A stretch of 49,447 nt of DNA from positions 1 to 49,447 of the forward strand of contig JAIRWN010000014.1 of NCBI GenBank assembly GCA_031268985.1, given 5' to 3'. This DNA comes from Holosporales bacterium (GTDB taxonomy: Bacteria > Pseudomonadota > Alphaproteobacteria > UBA3830 > JAIRWN01). Positions within the stretch are counted from its first letter, which is position 1, and each line of letters opens with the position of its first letter. Under the pieces are notes generated by a model, which worked only from the letters and a program-made list of their open reading frames with translations, was not told where the DNA came from and searched no databases. The position numbers and the translations under genes were made by a program. Positions 28,845 to 38,778 of this stretch are shown piece after piece.

Positions 28845-29336
28845 ATGATTGATGAACAACTGCGGTCAAGGTTGCTTTCTCCCCTGAAGCATGAGATTCG
28901 TGAGAACTTCTCGACAATGGCTGATATAAAAGATATTGAGTTTAAAAACGAACAAACTCTTGAAATTTCAAAGGTCGTTCTAAACGAAGTAAACGTATTT
29001 CAAGAAGCTCTTGGCGAAGTATCCGGAAGGGCATGTCTTTCATTGCCCAAAAAGTTTGCGATAGATCTTGGTAACAAAATTTTTTCAAAAACTTTTGGCG
29101 AATATCCCAATTTTATTGACGTCACCGATGACATAAAAGAAACAATAAAAGAGTTGCTCAACATAATTCTTGGGAAAGCAACAGAACTTCTTGAAAAGGA
29201 TAGTCTTGGCCTTATATTTGAGCCTCCGGTCATATCTTTGGATTCCGGGCAAGTGTTGGATGGTGGGCTAGAAGCAATAACCGTACAAACTTTGTCTTCT
29301 ATCGGAACTTTTGATTTGTTCTATTTTATCAAATAA
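28845..29336 (+). CDS. CheX-like phosphatase
   Basis: 163 aa, G-x-V-S-G strand followed by the ExxN motif (IKELLNIILG) and a downstream PP. Adjacent to a receiver-domain gene. Confidence 0.65.
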   Translation: MIDEQLRSRLLSPLKHEIRENFSTMADIKDIEFKNEQTLEISKVVLNEVNVFQEALGEVSGRACLSLPKKFAIDLGNKIFSKTFGEYPNFIDVTDDIKETIKELLNIILGKATELLEKDSLGLIFEPPVISLDSGQVLDGGLEAITVQTLSSIGTFDLFYFIK

Positions 29337-29350
29337 ACGCACGCTCAAAG

Positions 29351-29728
29351 ATGCTTAACAACGATGCAGAAATTTTAATAATAGACGACTCTAAGGTTGC
29401 TAGGATGGTGCTTAAAAGAATTTTGAACGGCCTTGGATATAATAATATAATTGAGGCGGTTGATGGCCCCGATGGTATTACGCGTTACGCCGAAGAGGAA
29501 CCAAGTCTGATTTTTCTTGATATAGTAATGCCCGGCATGACCGGAGACGAAGTGCTTGCCAACATTCGCGCTTTGGACGAAAAAACGCCCGTTGTTATTC
29601 TGTCGTCAGCAAGCAGTGAAGTTCAAATTGGCATATGCCAACAGATAGGGATTTCTGATTTTATAAAAAAGCCGCTCACTTTGGACGCAGGTCCCGGCAA
29701 GATCAAATCTACTCTTGATAAAATATAA
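29351..29728 (+). CDS. Stand-alone receiver-domain response regulator (CheY-like)
   Basis: IIDDS, FLDIVMP (phosphoacceptor Asp), ILSS, IKKP. 125 aa. Confidence 0.92.
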   Translation: MLNNDAEILIIDDSKVARMVLKRILNGLGYNNIIEAVDGPDGITRYAEEEPSLIFLDIVMPGMTGDEVLANIRALDEKTPVVILSSASSEVQIGICQQIGISDFIKKPLTLDAGPGKIKSTLDKI

Positions 29729-29743
29729 CGTGTAAATAAGTCG

Positions 29744-30145
29744 CTATTGCTTCTCAGACTCTGTAGCCAATTCGGCGATTTCGTCGATATAATCGGTTGG
29801 CCCGGGCGGCGTATTATTTTTGTCTTCCGTTGTCACTATGGCTGAAATAGGCGTTTCGTCGTCATATACGACACGCCCGCCAAGTTCCGACTCGTTATTG
29901 TCTGCGGAAGAAGTCAGGTTTTTATAGATCTCTTTATCCTGGTGAGGAATATTAATCCCTTTTGTTGTAGGCCTTGATTTTATTGGAACTTTTAGTCCTT
30001 CGATCAGCACTACCTTGTTATCGCGAAATTTAGGCGTTAGAACAAAGATAAAGGCGACGACAGCAACAATAACGCCGCCGACAAATATGATTTTTCTTAA
30101 GCAAGAAACGTTGATGATTTGTTTCATTCTAGCGAAGCTCTTCAA
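29744..30145 (-). CDS. Bitopic membrane protein resembling the N-terminal part of alphaproteobacterial FtsN (no SPOR domain)
   Basis: One TM, then LIE...PIKSRP...G..IPHQDKEIY. Directly downstream of argS. Confidence 0.55.
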   Translation of the reverse strand: MKSFARMKQIINVSCLRKIIFVGGVIVAVVAFIFVLTPKFRDNKVVLIEGLKVPIKSRPTTKGINIPHQDKEIYKNLTSSADNNESELGGRVVYDDETPISAIVTTEDKNNTPPGPTDYIDEIAELATESEKQ

Positions 30146-31889
30146 CCGGCTCTATTCCAATAATTTCAAAACCCAAGGATACGACCGTTTTTGTCGCATA
30201 CAGCAACGCTAATCTAGCCGCCGTTTCAACTTTATCGTTGGGATTTATAAACCTCAAAGCCAAATTATTTTTCCCAGCGTTCCACAAGACATGAAGCCCT
30301 ACCGCAACTTCTTGCAAATAAAAAACAATCTTGTGCGGTTCGAGAGCTAATACCGCCGTTTTGAGCAATCGCGGCCACCTTAAAAGCAGTTTTATTTGTC
30401 CAAGCTCTTCTTCAGAACTAAGCAGTGACAGATTGGCATTTTTTGCTGCGTCAACATCAAAATCTACGCCGAAAAATTCTTTATATTGCCGAAAAACCGA
30501 GCATATTCTCGCATGTGCATATTGAATATAGAAAACTGGATTATCTCGGCTTTTTTCTACTACTTGAGTAAAATCAAAATCCAAAACCACGTCATCGCGG
30601 CGCGTAAGCATTATAAACCTTATAACGTCGCGCCCGACAGCATCAAGAACATCCCTCAGAGTTATAAAAGCGCCTGCTCGCTTAGACATTTTAACGTCCT
30701 TACCGTCGCGGATAAACTTAACAAGCTGACAAATTTTTACCTTGAGTTTTTTGTTTGCGATCGCTTCTACTGCGGCCTCCATTCGTTTTACATATCCGCC
30801 ATGGTCTGCGCCCCAAAAATCGATCAAAATGTCGTAACCTCGGCAAAACTTATCGCGATGATAAGCTATATCAGAGGCAAAATATGTCCAAAAACCATCT
30901 GATTTCAACAGCGGCCGATCGATCTCGTCTCCAAATGCCGTAGATTTAAATAATGTTTGTTCTCGAGGTTCCCAGTCATCCACTACTTTGCCTTTCGGCG
31001 GGGTCAGAACTCCTTTATACACAAACCCTTTGTCTTGAAGGAATTTAATCATTTCCTTTACCAGTCCTTTCTCTATTAAGGAGGATTCTGATGTAAAAAT
31101 ATCGTGATGAACCCCCAGATCAGCGAGATCACGCTTAATAATCGCCATTTGATTCTGAACTGAAAATTGTTTGAACAAAGAGGCCCATTCATTTTCGTTT
31201 TGATCCAGAAATTTGTTGCCATATTTACTTACAAGCGCTTGCGCGATTTCAGATACATATTCGCCAGAATAACAATCGCTCGGCAAAGCCCCGATATCGC
31301 GACCAAGCTGTTCGCAATATCGATGGTATACGGATCTTGCCAGCATATTTATCTGGTTGCCTGCATCATTTATGTAGTATTCCCTCGTCACGTCATAACC
31401 GACCGAGCGCAACATATTGGCAAGAACGTCTCCCACAACTGCGCCCCGTGCATGACCGGCGTGCAGCGGCCCGGTTGGATTGGCAGAAACGTACTCTATG
31501 TTGACCTTTTTTCCTTTTCCGATGTTCTGAAAGCCAAATTTTTTGTCGCCTACGTCGTCAGAAACGATTATTGCAGCAAGACGCTTTTTTACATATTCCG
31601 GGCGCAGGAACCAATTGATAAATCCTGGCCCGGCAATATTGACGCTCAGAATCCTGTCGTCGTTGCGCAATATAGCCGCTATATCTTCGGCAAGTTCTCT
31701 GGGGGGAATACCAATCTTTTTGGCGAACACCATTGCAATATTTGAAGACATGTCGCCAAACTTCAAATCCTTTGGAACGTCTACAGCACCGTCGCTAACT
31801 AAAACCTGTTGACCGGATTTGCCTGCAACTTGCAATAAAGCTTTTTTTATCAAAACCTGAAAAGTACAAAAAATGTCTTGCGCTCCCAC
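30129..31889 (-). CDS. argS: Arginine-tRNA ligase
   Basis: EYVSANPTGPLHAGH, WGADHGGY, KMSKRAG, NPVFYIQYAHAR. Confidence 0.98.
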   Translation of the reverse strand: MGAQDIFCTFQVLIKKALLQVAGKSGQQVLVSDGAVDVPKDLKFGDMSSNIAMVFAKKIGIPPRELAEDIAAILRNDDRILSVNIAGPGFINWFLRPEYVKKRLAAIIVSDDVGDKKFGFQNIGKGKKVNIEYVSANPTGPLHAGHARGAVVGDVLANMLRSVGYDVTREYYINDAGNQINMLARSVYHRYCEQLGRDIGALPSDCYSGEYVSEIAQALVSKYGNKFLDQNENEWASLFKQFSVQNQMAIIKRDLADLGVHHDIFTSESSLIEKGLVKEMIKFLQDKGFVYKGVLTPPKGKVVDDWEPREQTLFKSTAFGDEIDRPLLKSDGFWTYFASDIAYHRDKFCRGYDILIDFWGADHGGYVKRMEAAVEAIANKKLKVKICQLVKFIRDGKDVKMSKRAGAFITLRDVLDAVGRDVIRFIMLTRRDDVVLDFDFTQVVEKSRDNPVFYIQYAHARICSVFRQYKEFFGVDFDVDAAKNANLSLLSSEEELGQIKLLLRWPRLLKTAVLALEPHKIVFYLQEVAVGLHVLWNAGKNNLALRFINPNDKVETAARLALLYATKTVVSLGFEIIGIEPVEELR

Positions 31890-31937
31890 GTATGCTCCGC
31901 TTAAATATGACGCTATGCCTTTTTAGAGAACCGAACT

Positions 31938-32729
31938 TTGCGCATCGTAACTTGGAATATAAATTCTATCAACTGTAGACTGGAACATGTGCTTGCGTTA
32001 ATGGATCAATTTTCTCCAGATGTTATTTTACTGCAAGAAATCAAAAAAATTACAGAAGAGTTCCCATGCGAACCGTTTTTCGACAAAGGGTATAACTGTG
32101 CAGCACATGGGCAAAAATCATATAACGGCGTTGCTATATTATCTAAATCGCCCATAAGCGATATGAAGACAAAATTTTGCGATCAAATCTGCACTGAGGC
32201 CAGATACGCCGAGTGTATCACAAACAAAGTCCGTATAGCCTCTGTCTATGTGCCCAATGGACGCGAGGTTGGAACTTCGCAATATGTCCAAAAAATTAAT
32301 TTTATGAAATCGCTATCAGGATATCTTGAAAAAGAAGTTAGTTCCGATGAATGCTTTATTATTGGCGGAGATTTCAACGTCGCTTTGAACGACGATGACG
32401 TATGGGATCCGGGGCTATTTGAAGGGAAACTTGTTTTTACCGGAGAGGAGCGAGCATCTCTTAGACGGATTGAAAGTTTGGGTCTTACCGATGCTTTTGC
32501 CGTTTGCAACAGGCATTTAACTGATAATAATGCTCTTCATGAAAACTTTACATGGTGGGATTACCGTGCGGGATCTTTTAACAAAAACCAAGGCATTCGT
32601 TTGGATTATCTGTTCCTTTCAGATGTTGCAGCAAGAAAACTTGTAAGATCGGAAGTAATTAAAGGGTTCCGTGCGCTTCCTTGCCCGTCAGATCATGCGC
32701 CTTTATTGGCAGATATTGGCCATTTCTGA
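31938..32729 (+). CDS. xth: Exodeoxyribonuclease III
   Basis: TWNINS, LQEIK, GQKSYNGVA, YVPNG, GDFN, TWWDYR, SDHAP. Confidence 0.96.
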   Translation: MRIVTWNINSINCRLEHVLALMDQFSPDVILLQEIKKITEEFPCEPFFDKGYNCAAHGQKSYNGVAILSKSPISDMKTKFCDQICTEARYAECITNKVRIASVYVPNGREVGTSQYVQKINFMKSLSGYLEKEVSSDECFIIGGDFNVALNDDDVWDPGLFEGKLVFTGEERASLRRIESLGLTDAFAVCNRHLTDNNALHENFTWWDYRAGSFNKNQGIRLDYLFLSDVAARKLVRSEVIKGFRALPCPSDHAPLLADIGHF

Positions 32730-32831
32730 CTTTAATAGCGTCTTTTCCTCTCTAAAGGCGTCCGAAATTTTGGACAAGCGCCTTGAAGTTATTTACTATG
32801 AAAACCTGGAATAGTTAGTTTTACGTTTTTT

Positions 32832-32906
32832 GCCGCCGTGGCTCAGTGGTAGAGCACACCCTTGGTAAGGGTGTGATCGTGAGTTCGATTCTCACCGGCG
32901 GCACCA
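32832..32906 (+). tRNA. tRNA-Thr(GGT)
   Basis: Acceptor GCCGCCG/CGGCGGC, anticodon arm CACCC-TTGGTAA-GGGTG, GTTCGATTC, CCA end. Confidence 0.97.
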
Positions 32907-33051
32907 AGGTATAGTCCGGACGGACTCAGAAAAATACAATTTCATAGGCAAGAATGGTGGATTTATTGGGTTTTGGTGGTGATGTTTGTTCAGATGAGTT
33001 TGTAAAAATCCGCTTGCGTCCGGGTATTTTTGGAACCAAAACTGATTCCAG

Positions 33052-33164
33052 TTGGTATTTACGTTTGTGAGGAGTGGAGAACTGAGAGGCGCCAGAGGGA
33101 AGAGTTTGATTTTGAGAAGATGCAATGGCGCATACCGGCTGAGAGGATGAAAATGAAAGAGTAG
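33052..33164 (+). pseudogene. Remnant of a P4-type tyrosine integrase
   Basis: My own translation: LVFTFVRSGELRGAR, then a frameshift, then EEFDFEKMQWRIPAERMKMKE*. Matches the integrase box I (RxxEL) and WxIPAERMK motifs. Lies about 150 bp downstream of tRNA-Thr. Confidence 0.8.
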
Positions 33165-33385
33165 TCTGTTATTGTGAGCTAATTCTAAAGAAATAAATCT
33201 ACCCTCCACACTTTTTGCAAGCCCTATATCCGTATAGCGTAAATGAGGTGCGTTTTAAAACTCCTTCTTACTTATCCGAGATCGGCAGACGGTTTATTCC
33301 GGAAAAAATGCCGATAGCATCTTATAACATTTTTAAATCCAGCCACATTTAGGTATAACATAAATCTGTTTTTCGGCCACTAACT

Positions 33386-34756
33386 ATGAGTTACGTCGTT
33401 CGTTTCGCTCCAAGCCCGACTGGCTTATTGCATATAGGCAATATCCGTGCGGCATTGTTGAATTATCTATTTGTCAGAAGTTTCGGCGGAAAATTTATAC
33501 TCCGTATAGACGACACTGACAAGGAACGATCTAGCGATGAATATTCCTTGGCAATAAAACAAGATCTTGCTTGGCTTGGAATCAATTGGGATGAGACGTT
33601 TTGTCAATCGTCCCGTACAGATGCTTACAAAAACGCGCTAAAAAATCTGAAAGATTTAGGTCTGGTATACCCTTGCTATGAATCAAAGGAAGAGTTGGAT
33701 ATTAAACGTAAGATTCAGTTGTCCAACAGAAAGCCTCCGATATATGACAGGTCTGCCCTGAAACTTAGCGATGCGAAGAAAAAAGAGCTTGAGCAGAACG
33801 GAATTAAGCCTCACTGGCGGTTTAAACTTCCGGATAAAATAATATCCTGGGACGATATGATATATGGACGTATCGAAATTTTACCGGGAAATACCAGCGA
33901 TCCAATCGTAGCGAAGTCTGACGAGAGCTTTGTTTATACTTTTGCTTCAGTTGTGGATGATCTAAACAGCAAGATAACCCACATAATACGTGGGGCAGAC
34001 CATTTGGCGAACACAGCCTCACAGCTTCATCTTTACGGCATGCTCGGCGGGGATGCGACCACAATCAAATTTGGACACTATCCTCTGCTTCGCGATGTAA
34101 GCGGAAAGGAGCTTTCTAAGCGCCTTTCGGTTCTAAGCATAAAGTCTTGGCGCGAAGAAGAAATCGAGCCGATGGCTGTAAATAGTCTTCTGTCTAAAAT
34201 TGGCACTTCTAGCTCTATAGAAGTCCGTCGCTCTATGGATGAATTGATTAAGGGGTTTGATATATCAAGTATCAGTAAAGCTGAGCCGAAGTTTGATTCT
34301 CGAGAAATATACAAATTAAACCACGATCTCATGATTAATACGCCTTATGAAGAGGTTGCGCAGCGCCTTAAAGTTATTGGTATGCCCGATTGCAACGAAG
34401 ATTTTTGGCTGATGATTCGAGGTAACATAAATCGGCTTGCTGAAGCCAAAACTTGGTGGAACGTAATTTATGGCGGTGTTGATATATTTTTACGGCCTAT
34501 CGAAAACCAAGAACAAGAAATGCTAAAGACAGCTTCGGATCTGCTTTTTGAGAATATTAATTTATACCAATCTGATTGGGGGCTGTGGTTCTCTGACATA
34601 AAAATCAAAACACAGAAGTCCGGTCGCAGTTTGTATGCGCCAATACGTTTGTGTTTGACCGGCCAAGAACATGGGCCTGAGCTTAAATCTATACTTCGAC
34701 TAATGCCGTTGGATTTGATAAAGTCCCGATTGCAGGCCGGTAGTACAAAAACATGA
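33386..34756 (+). CDS. gltX: Glutamate-tRNA ligase
   Basis: RFAPSPTGLLHIGN, LRIDDTD, IIRGADH, LSKR, GQEHGPEL. Confidence 0.96.
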   Translation: MSYVVRFAPSPTGLLHIGNIRAALLNYLFVRSFGGKFILRIDDTDKERSSDEYSLAIKQDLAWLGINWDETFCQSSRTDAYKNALKNLKDLGLVYPCYESKEELDIKRKIQLSNRKPPIYDRSALKLSDAKKKELEQNGIKPHWRFKLPDKIISWDDMIYGRIEILPGNTSDPIVAKSDESFVYTFASVVDDLNSKITHIIRGADHLANTASQLHLYGMLGGDATTIKFGHYPLLRDVSGKELSKRLSVLSIKSWREEEIEPMAVNSLLSKIGTSSSIEVRRSMDELIKGFDISSISKAEPKFDSREIYKLNHDLMINTPYEEVAQRLKVIGMPDCNEDFWLMIRGNINRLAEAKTWWNVIYGGVDIFLRPIENQEQEMLKTASDLLFENINLYQSDWGLWFSDIKIKTQKSGRSLYAPIRLCLTGQEHGPELKSILRLMPLDLIKSRLQAGSTKT

Positions 34757-36123
34757 GTAAACTGATTTTACATAACACTCTTAGCAACAGGACAGAGCCG
34801 TTCATCTCACAGGATCCTGATAATGTTCGAATGTATGTTTGCGGACCAACTGTTTATGATCTCCCCCATGTTGGGAATGCGCGTCCGGCCGTCGTATTTG
34901 ACGTGCTATTTCGCCTCTTAAGGCATCTGTATCCAAAAGTCACGTACATAAGAAATATCACAGATATTGACGACAAAATTAACAATCGCGCCCGAGAAAT
35001 TGGGATTTCCATAAGAGAACTTACTGATGAAACGCTTAAAAATTATCAAAACACTATGGCCAGCCTTGGCCTTCTGTCGCCGACTTATGAGCCGCGAGCG
35101 ACAGACCATATTCCCGATATGATAAGTATTGTCCAAAAACTGCTTGATAAAGGACATGCCTATTTGGCCGAAAAGCACGTTCTTTTCAGGGTTTCAAGTG
35201 ATCCTCTTTACGGTAAGCTGTCGAACAGAAATACCGACGAAATGATTGCCGGCGCGCGCGTCGAAGTTGCTCCCTTCAAAGAATCTCCTCTGGATTTTGT
35301 GCTTTGGAAACCGTCCAGTAATAACGATCCAGGGTATGACAGCCCTTGGGGATACGGTCGTCCCGGATGGCATATAGAGTGCTCAGCTATGAGCGCAAAG
35401 TACTTATCAAATTCTTTTGATATCCATGGCGGGGGTCAAGACCTTATATTCCCTCATCACGAAAACGAGATGGCTCAGTCTCGTTGCGCCTCTGGCGTGG
35501 CTTATATGGCAAAGTATTGGGTACACAACGGAATGCTTCTTGTCGACGGCAAAAAGATGTCCAAATCTCTTGGAAACATAGTCACTGTAAACGCGGCGCT
35601 AAAGGAATATGATGGAAATGTATTGAAATATTTTATTTTGTCGACTCATTACTCGAAAATTCTTGATTGGACCGCCGGCGGACTGACTCAAGCAAAAGCC
35701 TCTTACGATCGTTTGATAAACGCTGTGGGCGAATTTGAGGATACGCATGAAGATTCAAAATTTGATGAAGATGATCCGATTGTGTCTGCATTGTGCGAAG
35801 ATCTTAATACTTCGAAAGCGCTTATGTTGATGATCGGATTGGCTAAGCGAATCGGCCAATCAAGCAAATTTAACGAAAAATCCAGATTAGCTGGTCAACT
35901 TAAGGCAGCTATGCAAATATTTGGTTTTTCTGTGATAAACCGGAACTATGCACTAACAAAAGACAAACAAGAAGAAATCAATAAACTCGTAAGCGAAAGG
36001 GTAAAGGCGCGCTTACTTAAGCAGTTTCAAAAGTCCGACGAAATTAGGGATGCCCTAAAGCAACGCTTTGGGGTTTTTATTAAAGACAATCAGGATGGAA
36101 CTACAGATTGGAGCCTTGAATAA
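34753..36123 (+). CDS. cysS: Cysteine-tRNA ligase
   Basis: MYVCGPTVY, HVGNAR, GRPGWHIECSAM, FPHHENE, KMSKS. Confidence 0.98.
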   Translation: MSKLILHNTLSNRTEPFISQDPDNVRMYVCGPTVYDLPHVGNARPAVVFDVLFRLLRHLYPKVTYIRNITDIDDKINNRAREIGISIRELTDETLKNYQNTMASLGLLSPTYEPRATDHIPDMISIVQKLLDKGHAYLAEKHVLFRVSSDPLYGKLSNRNTDEMIAGARVEVAPFKESPLDFVLWKPSSNNDPGYDSPWGYGRPGWHIECSAMSAKYLSNSFDIHGGGQDLIFPHHENEMAQSRCASGVAYMAKYWVHNGMLLVDGKKMSKSLGNIVTVNAALKEYDGNVLKYFILSTHYSKILDWTAGGLTQAKASYDRLINAVGEFEDTHEDSKFDEDDPIVSALCEDLNTSKALMLMIGLAKRIGQSSKFNEKSRLAGQLKAAMQIFGFSVINRNYALTKDKQEEINKLVSERVKARLLKQFQKSDEIRDALKQRFGVFIKDNQDGTTDWSLE

Positions 36124-36152
36124 CGCATATTCGAGCAGAAAACGCTAAAAAG

Positions 36153-37178
36153 CTACCAACGATTTTCGGTTATAACTTGATCTATTGGCAATCCTTGGCC
36201 GGACGAAAAAATCTTTTTAAAGCCGGAGCCTGCTTTTATATATATTCCGCCGTCGACAGGGCTTCCTGCATCTTGATTGGAGCCGGCGAAAAACATACCC
36301 CCATCAAACAGCCCCGCATGAACTATTTTTACAATTGTCTTAAACTCCGCCGACGAAAAGTAAGACAAATTAAGTAAATTCATTATACGAATCATGTGAT
36401 ATTGCCGGTTAAATGGCTCTAACACGCTGTGTTTGGATAATGCAAACCTCTTATCATTTTTTGCTGTGGACAGAACTTTCGGAGAAAATAATTTTATCTC
36501 TTTGGGCTGTATATTTCCTATTTTGTAATTATTTAAAATCCTACGAACAGCTGTATGTAGCAATATATAGTAAATCAAACCGTTAACTGGATAGAGCTTG
36601 CCTCCTATACTTTTCATACAATTAAAAACAAAAGGCGGCCACAAAATTTCAAGGATTTTGCCTGAGCTTGGATCAATCGTAACCGCACAAGATGATCGCC
36701 CGTTATTATATTGTTTTAGCACATAAACGCTGGGGCTGTAATCGGAAGCAATGAAATCTAAATCAGCAAAAACAGAGGACAGTTTTTTAAAAAAGTCCAA
36801 CGCAGTCCTACCGTCGCTTACGCCAGCGTCATGAACAGACAGAGGTTTTTGCTTATCAAAGTTTTTGACGGCAAATCTTATAGCTTTTTGATCGAAAACG
36901 TCAAAACGTTCAGCATAAGTTCTTTTATATGCCCCCCTGTCGTCAGATGATTGCAACAGTATTTTCTCAGCCAGTTCATCCGCATCCGGCTCATTTTGAA
37001 TCTGATCATAAAGAGTAATCGTGACCATTTTTAGCCCACTGAACCGCGAGGACTTCATGGTTCTTAGGGCGAGAATATTCGTGATCCCAGGCTTAGCCAT
37101 AGTCAAAAAAGCTATAATTGTTTTAAGAAATTTTAAAAACAGAGCAGAGGCGTTGGTTATGATGAAACTCGCGTTCAC
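36153..37178 (-). CDS. Hypothetical protein with a class I SAM-methyltransferase (CheR-like) fold; start uncertain
   Basis: VHDAGVSDG motif I, IASDYS, IRIMNLLNLSYF, LFDGGMFFAG. Confidence 0.55.
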   Translation of the reverse strand: MNASFIITNASALFLKFLKTIIAFLTMAKPGITNILALRTMKSSRFSGLKMVTITLYDQIQNEPDADELAEKILLQSSDDRGAYKRTYAERFDVFDQKAIRFAVKNFDKQKPLSVHDAGVSDGRTALDFFKKLSSVFADLDFIASDYSPSVYVLKQYNNGRSSCAVTIDPSSGKILEILWPPFVFNCMKSIGGKLYPVNGLIYYILLHTAVRRILNNYKIGNIQPKEIKLFSPKVLSTAKNDKRFALSKHSVLEPFNRQYHMIRIMNLLNLSYFSSAEFKTIVKIVHAGLFDGGMFFAGSNQDAGSPVDGGIYIKAGSGFKKIFSSGQGLPIDQVITENRW

Positions 37179-37199
37179 TTCATTGTTACCATTTGTTAC

Positions 37200-38042
37200 T
37201 TAAGTATTTTTCTCCTTTTTTTTCAAAAAGATAACCAGCAGCGCAATGCTTCCGGTGAAAAATTTTAGATCTGACGGAGCCAATCCCAGCGACAACGCAA
37301 TTCCCTGCATCTGCTGATACACAAGCGCACCAAGCAATGGAGCTGCCAGCTGTCGATTCAATGTGGCGTTACCGACTATAGCTTCGCCTATCATTAGGCT
37401 GGCAAGGCCGTGAATCAGAATTCCGATTCCTATGCCTATATCCATATAGTTTTGTATTTGGACCATAAGACTTCCGGCGAGTCCGAACAGCGCGCCGGCG
37501 AGAAACAGTCCGAAAATAGTATATTTTTCGATGCTAATCCCTTGGAGTTTTGCGAGATTCTGATTCAGTCCGACTGCTCGGAACCTCAGTCCAAAATCGG
37601 TGCGCAAAAACACGGCAAATGGAATCATGCAGGTTGCCAGAACCATCACGATTAGCAAAATATTACATTCGACGCTCGCGCTAAATAGTCCTGGACAATC
37701 GAAAAGCGCAACGTTGGGTTTGCCCATGATGCGTAAATTTACGCTATAGGCCATGGTGCTGAGAATTATCCCGGCTAACATTGAATTAACACGCAGTTTC
37801 AGGTAGATCAGCGCCGTGCAAACTCCAACAATTCCGGCACAAATCATAGCGAGCGGAATTGCTGTCGCTGAAGACATTCCGGACGATAGCGCAACGGCGC
37901 ATACGGCCCCTCCCAACGGATAGGCGCCGTCAGCGGTCAAGTCTGCAAAGTCCAAAAACCGGAACGGGATCATGATTCCAAAGGCGATGATCGCCAGGAT
38001 AAGTCCCTGCTGCAGTCCGCTTAGAATGAGATCAATTGACAT
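37200..38042 (-). CDS. ABC transporter permease (aromatic amino-acid type)
   Basis: FRFLDFADLTADGAYPLGGA, YSVNLRIMGKPN, RTDFGLRFRAVG, GLASLMIGE. Confidence 0.9.
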   Translation of the reverse strand: MSIDLILSGLQQGLILAIIAFGIMIPFRFLDFADLTADGAYPLGGAVCAVALSSGMSSATAIPLAMICAGIVGVCTALIYLKLRVNSMLAGIILSTMAYSVNLRIMGKPNVALFDCPGLFSASVECNILLIVMVLATCMIPFAVFLRTDFGLRFRAVGLNQNLAKLQGISIEKYTIFGLFLAGALFGLAGSLMVQIQNYMDIGIGIGILIHGLASLMIGEAIVGNATLNRQLAAPLLGALVYQQMQGIALSLGLAPSDLKFFTGSIALLVIFLKKKEKNT

Positions 38043-38778
38043 TTTCTGTTCCTATTGCCGCCAAATTTTGGTCCTCAAATTTGTGAAACATTTCCAGCAG
38101 AGACGATATTTTCAGCCCAGATTTTTCGCATCCTTTTAAATCGACAACTATACGACCACTGTGCATCATAATTAAACGATCGCCGTATTTCAACGCGTCT
38201 TCCATGTTATGGGTGATCATAAGCGTCGTAAGCCGGAGTTCGCGAACAGATCTGGCAGTGTATTCCATCAGCATTTTCTGCATTTTTGGATCCAGAGCTG
38301 ATGTATGTTCGTCCAAAAGCAGAATTTTTCCGCCGGAGTTCACTGCCATCAAAGTCGCAATAGCTTGGCGCTGACCGCCGGACAAAATACCCAATGGTTG
38401 ATCGATGAACTTCTCCAAACCGATATTCAACGATCTGATTTTATCAATAATGTCATTTAAGTGCCGCCAATAGAAAGCGAAGCGCGGCGTTTTCGTTCGG
38501 CTTAAAACGATATTCTCCAATACGGTCATGGCGGGAATCGTGCCTTTGTTCACGTCCTGCACAACCTGAGACACATCACCATTACGTTTGACTTCCCCAG
38601 AATCGGCTCGATACTCTCCGCTGATAATCTTCAACAACGTAGATTTTCCGGAGCCGTTGGCTCCGACGACTGTGCAAAATTCACCTTCACGCAACGAGAG
38701 ATTTATGCCCTTCAAAACCGGTTCAAAAACCCTCGGAAATGACTTTGTAACATTATTTATTCTCAGCATTTCTCTCAT
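38032..38778 (-). CDS. ABC transporter ATP-binding protein
   Basis: GANGSGKST, LSGGQRQ, LLLDEHTSALDPK, ITH. ATG 38778 overlaps the upstream stop (ATGA). Confidence 0.93.
   Translation of the reverse strand: MREMLRINNVTKSFPRVFEPVLKGINLSLREGEFCTVVGANGSGKSTLLKIISGEYRADSGEVKRNGDVSQVVQDVNKGTIPAMTVLENIVLSRTKTPRFAFYWRHLNDIIDKIRSLNIGLEKFIDQPLGILSGGQRQAIATLMAVNSGGKILLLDEHTSALDPKMQKMLMEYTARSVRELRLTTLMITHNMEDALKYGDRLIMMHSGRIVVDLKGCEKSGLKISSLLEMFHKFEDQNLAAIGTENVN

Noticed and set aside
32892-33209. 105 aa minus-strand ORF
   Set aside because: Antisense to the tRNA-Thr end and the integrase remnant, with no recognisable motif.
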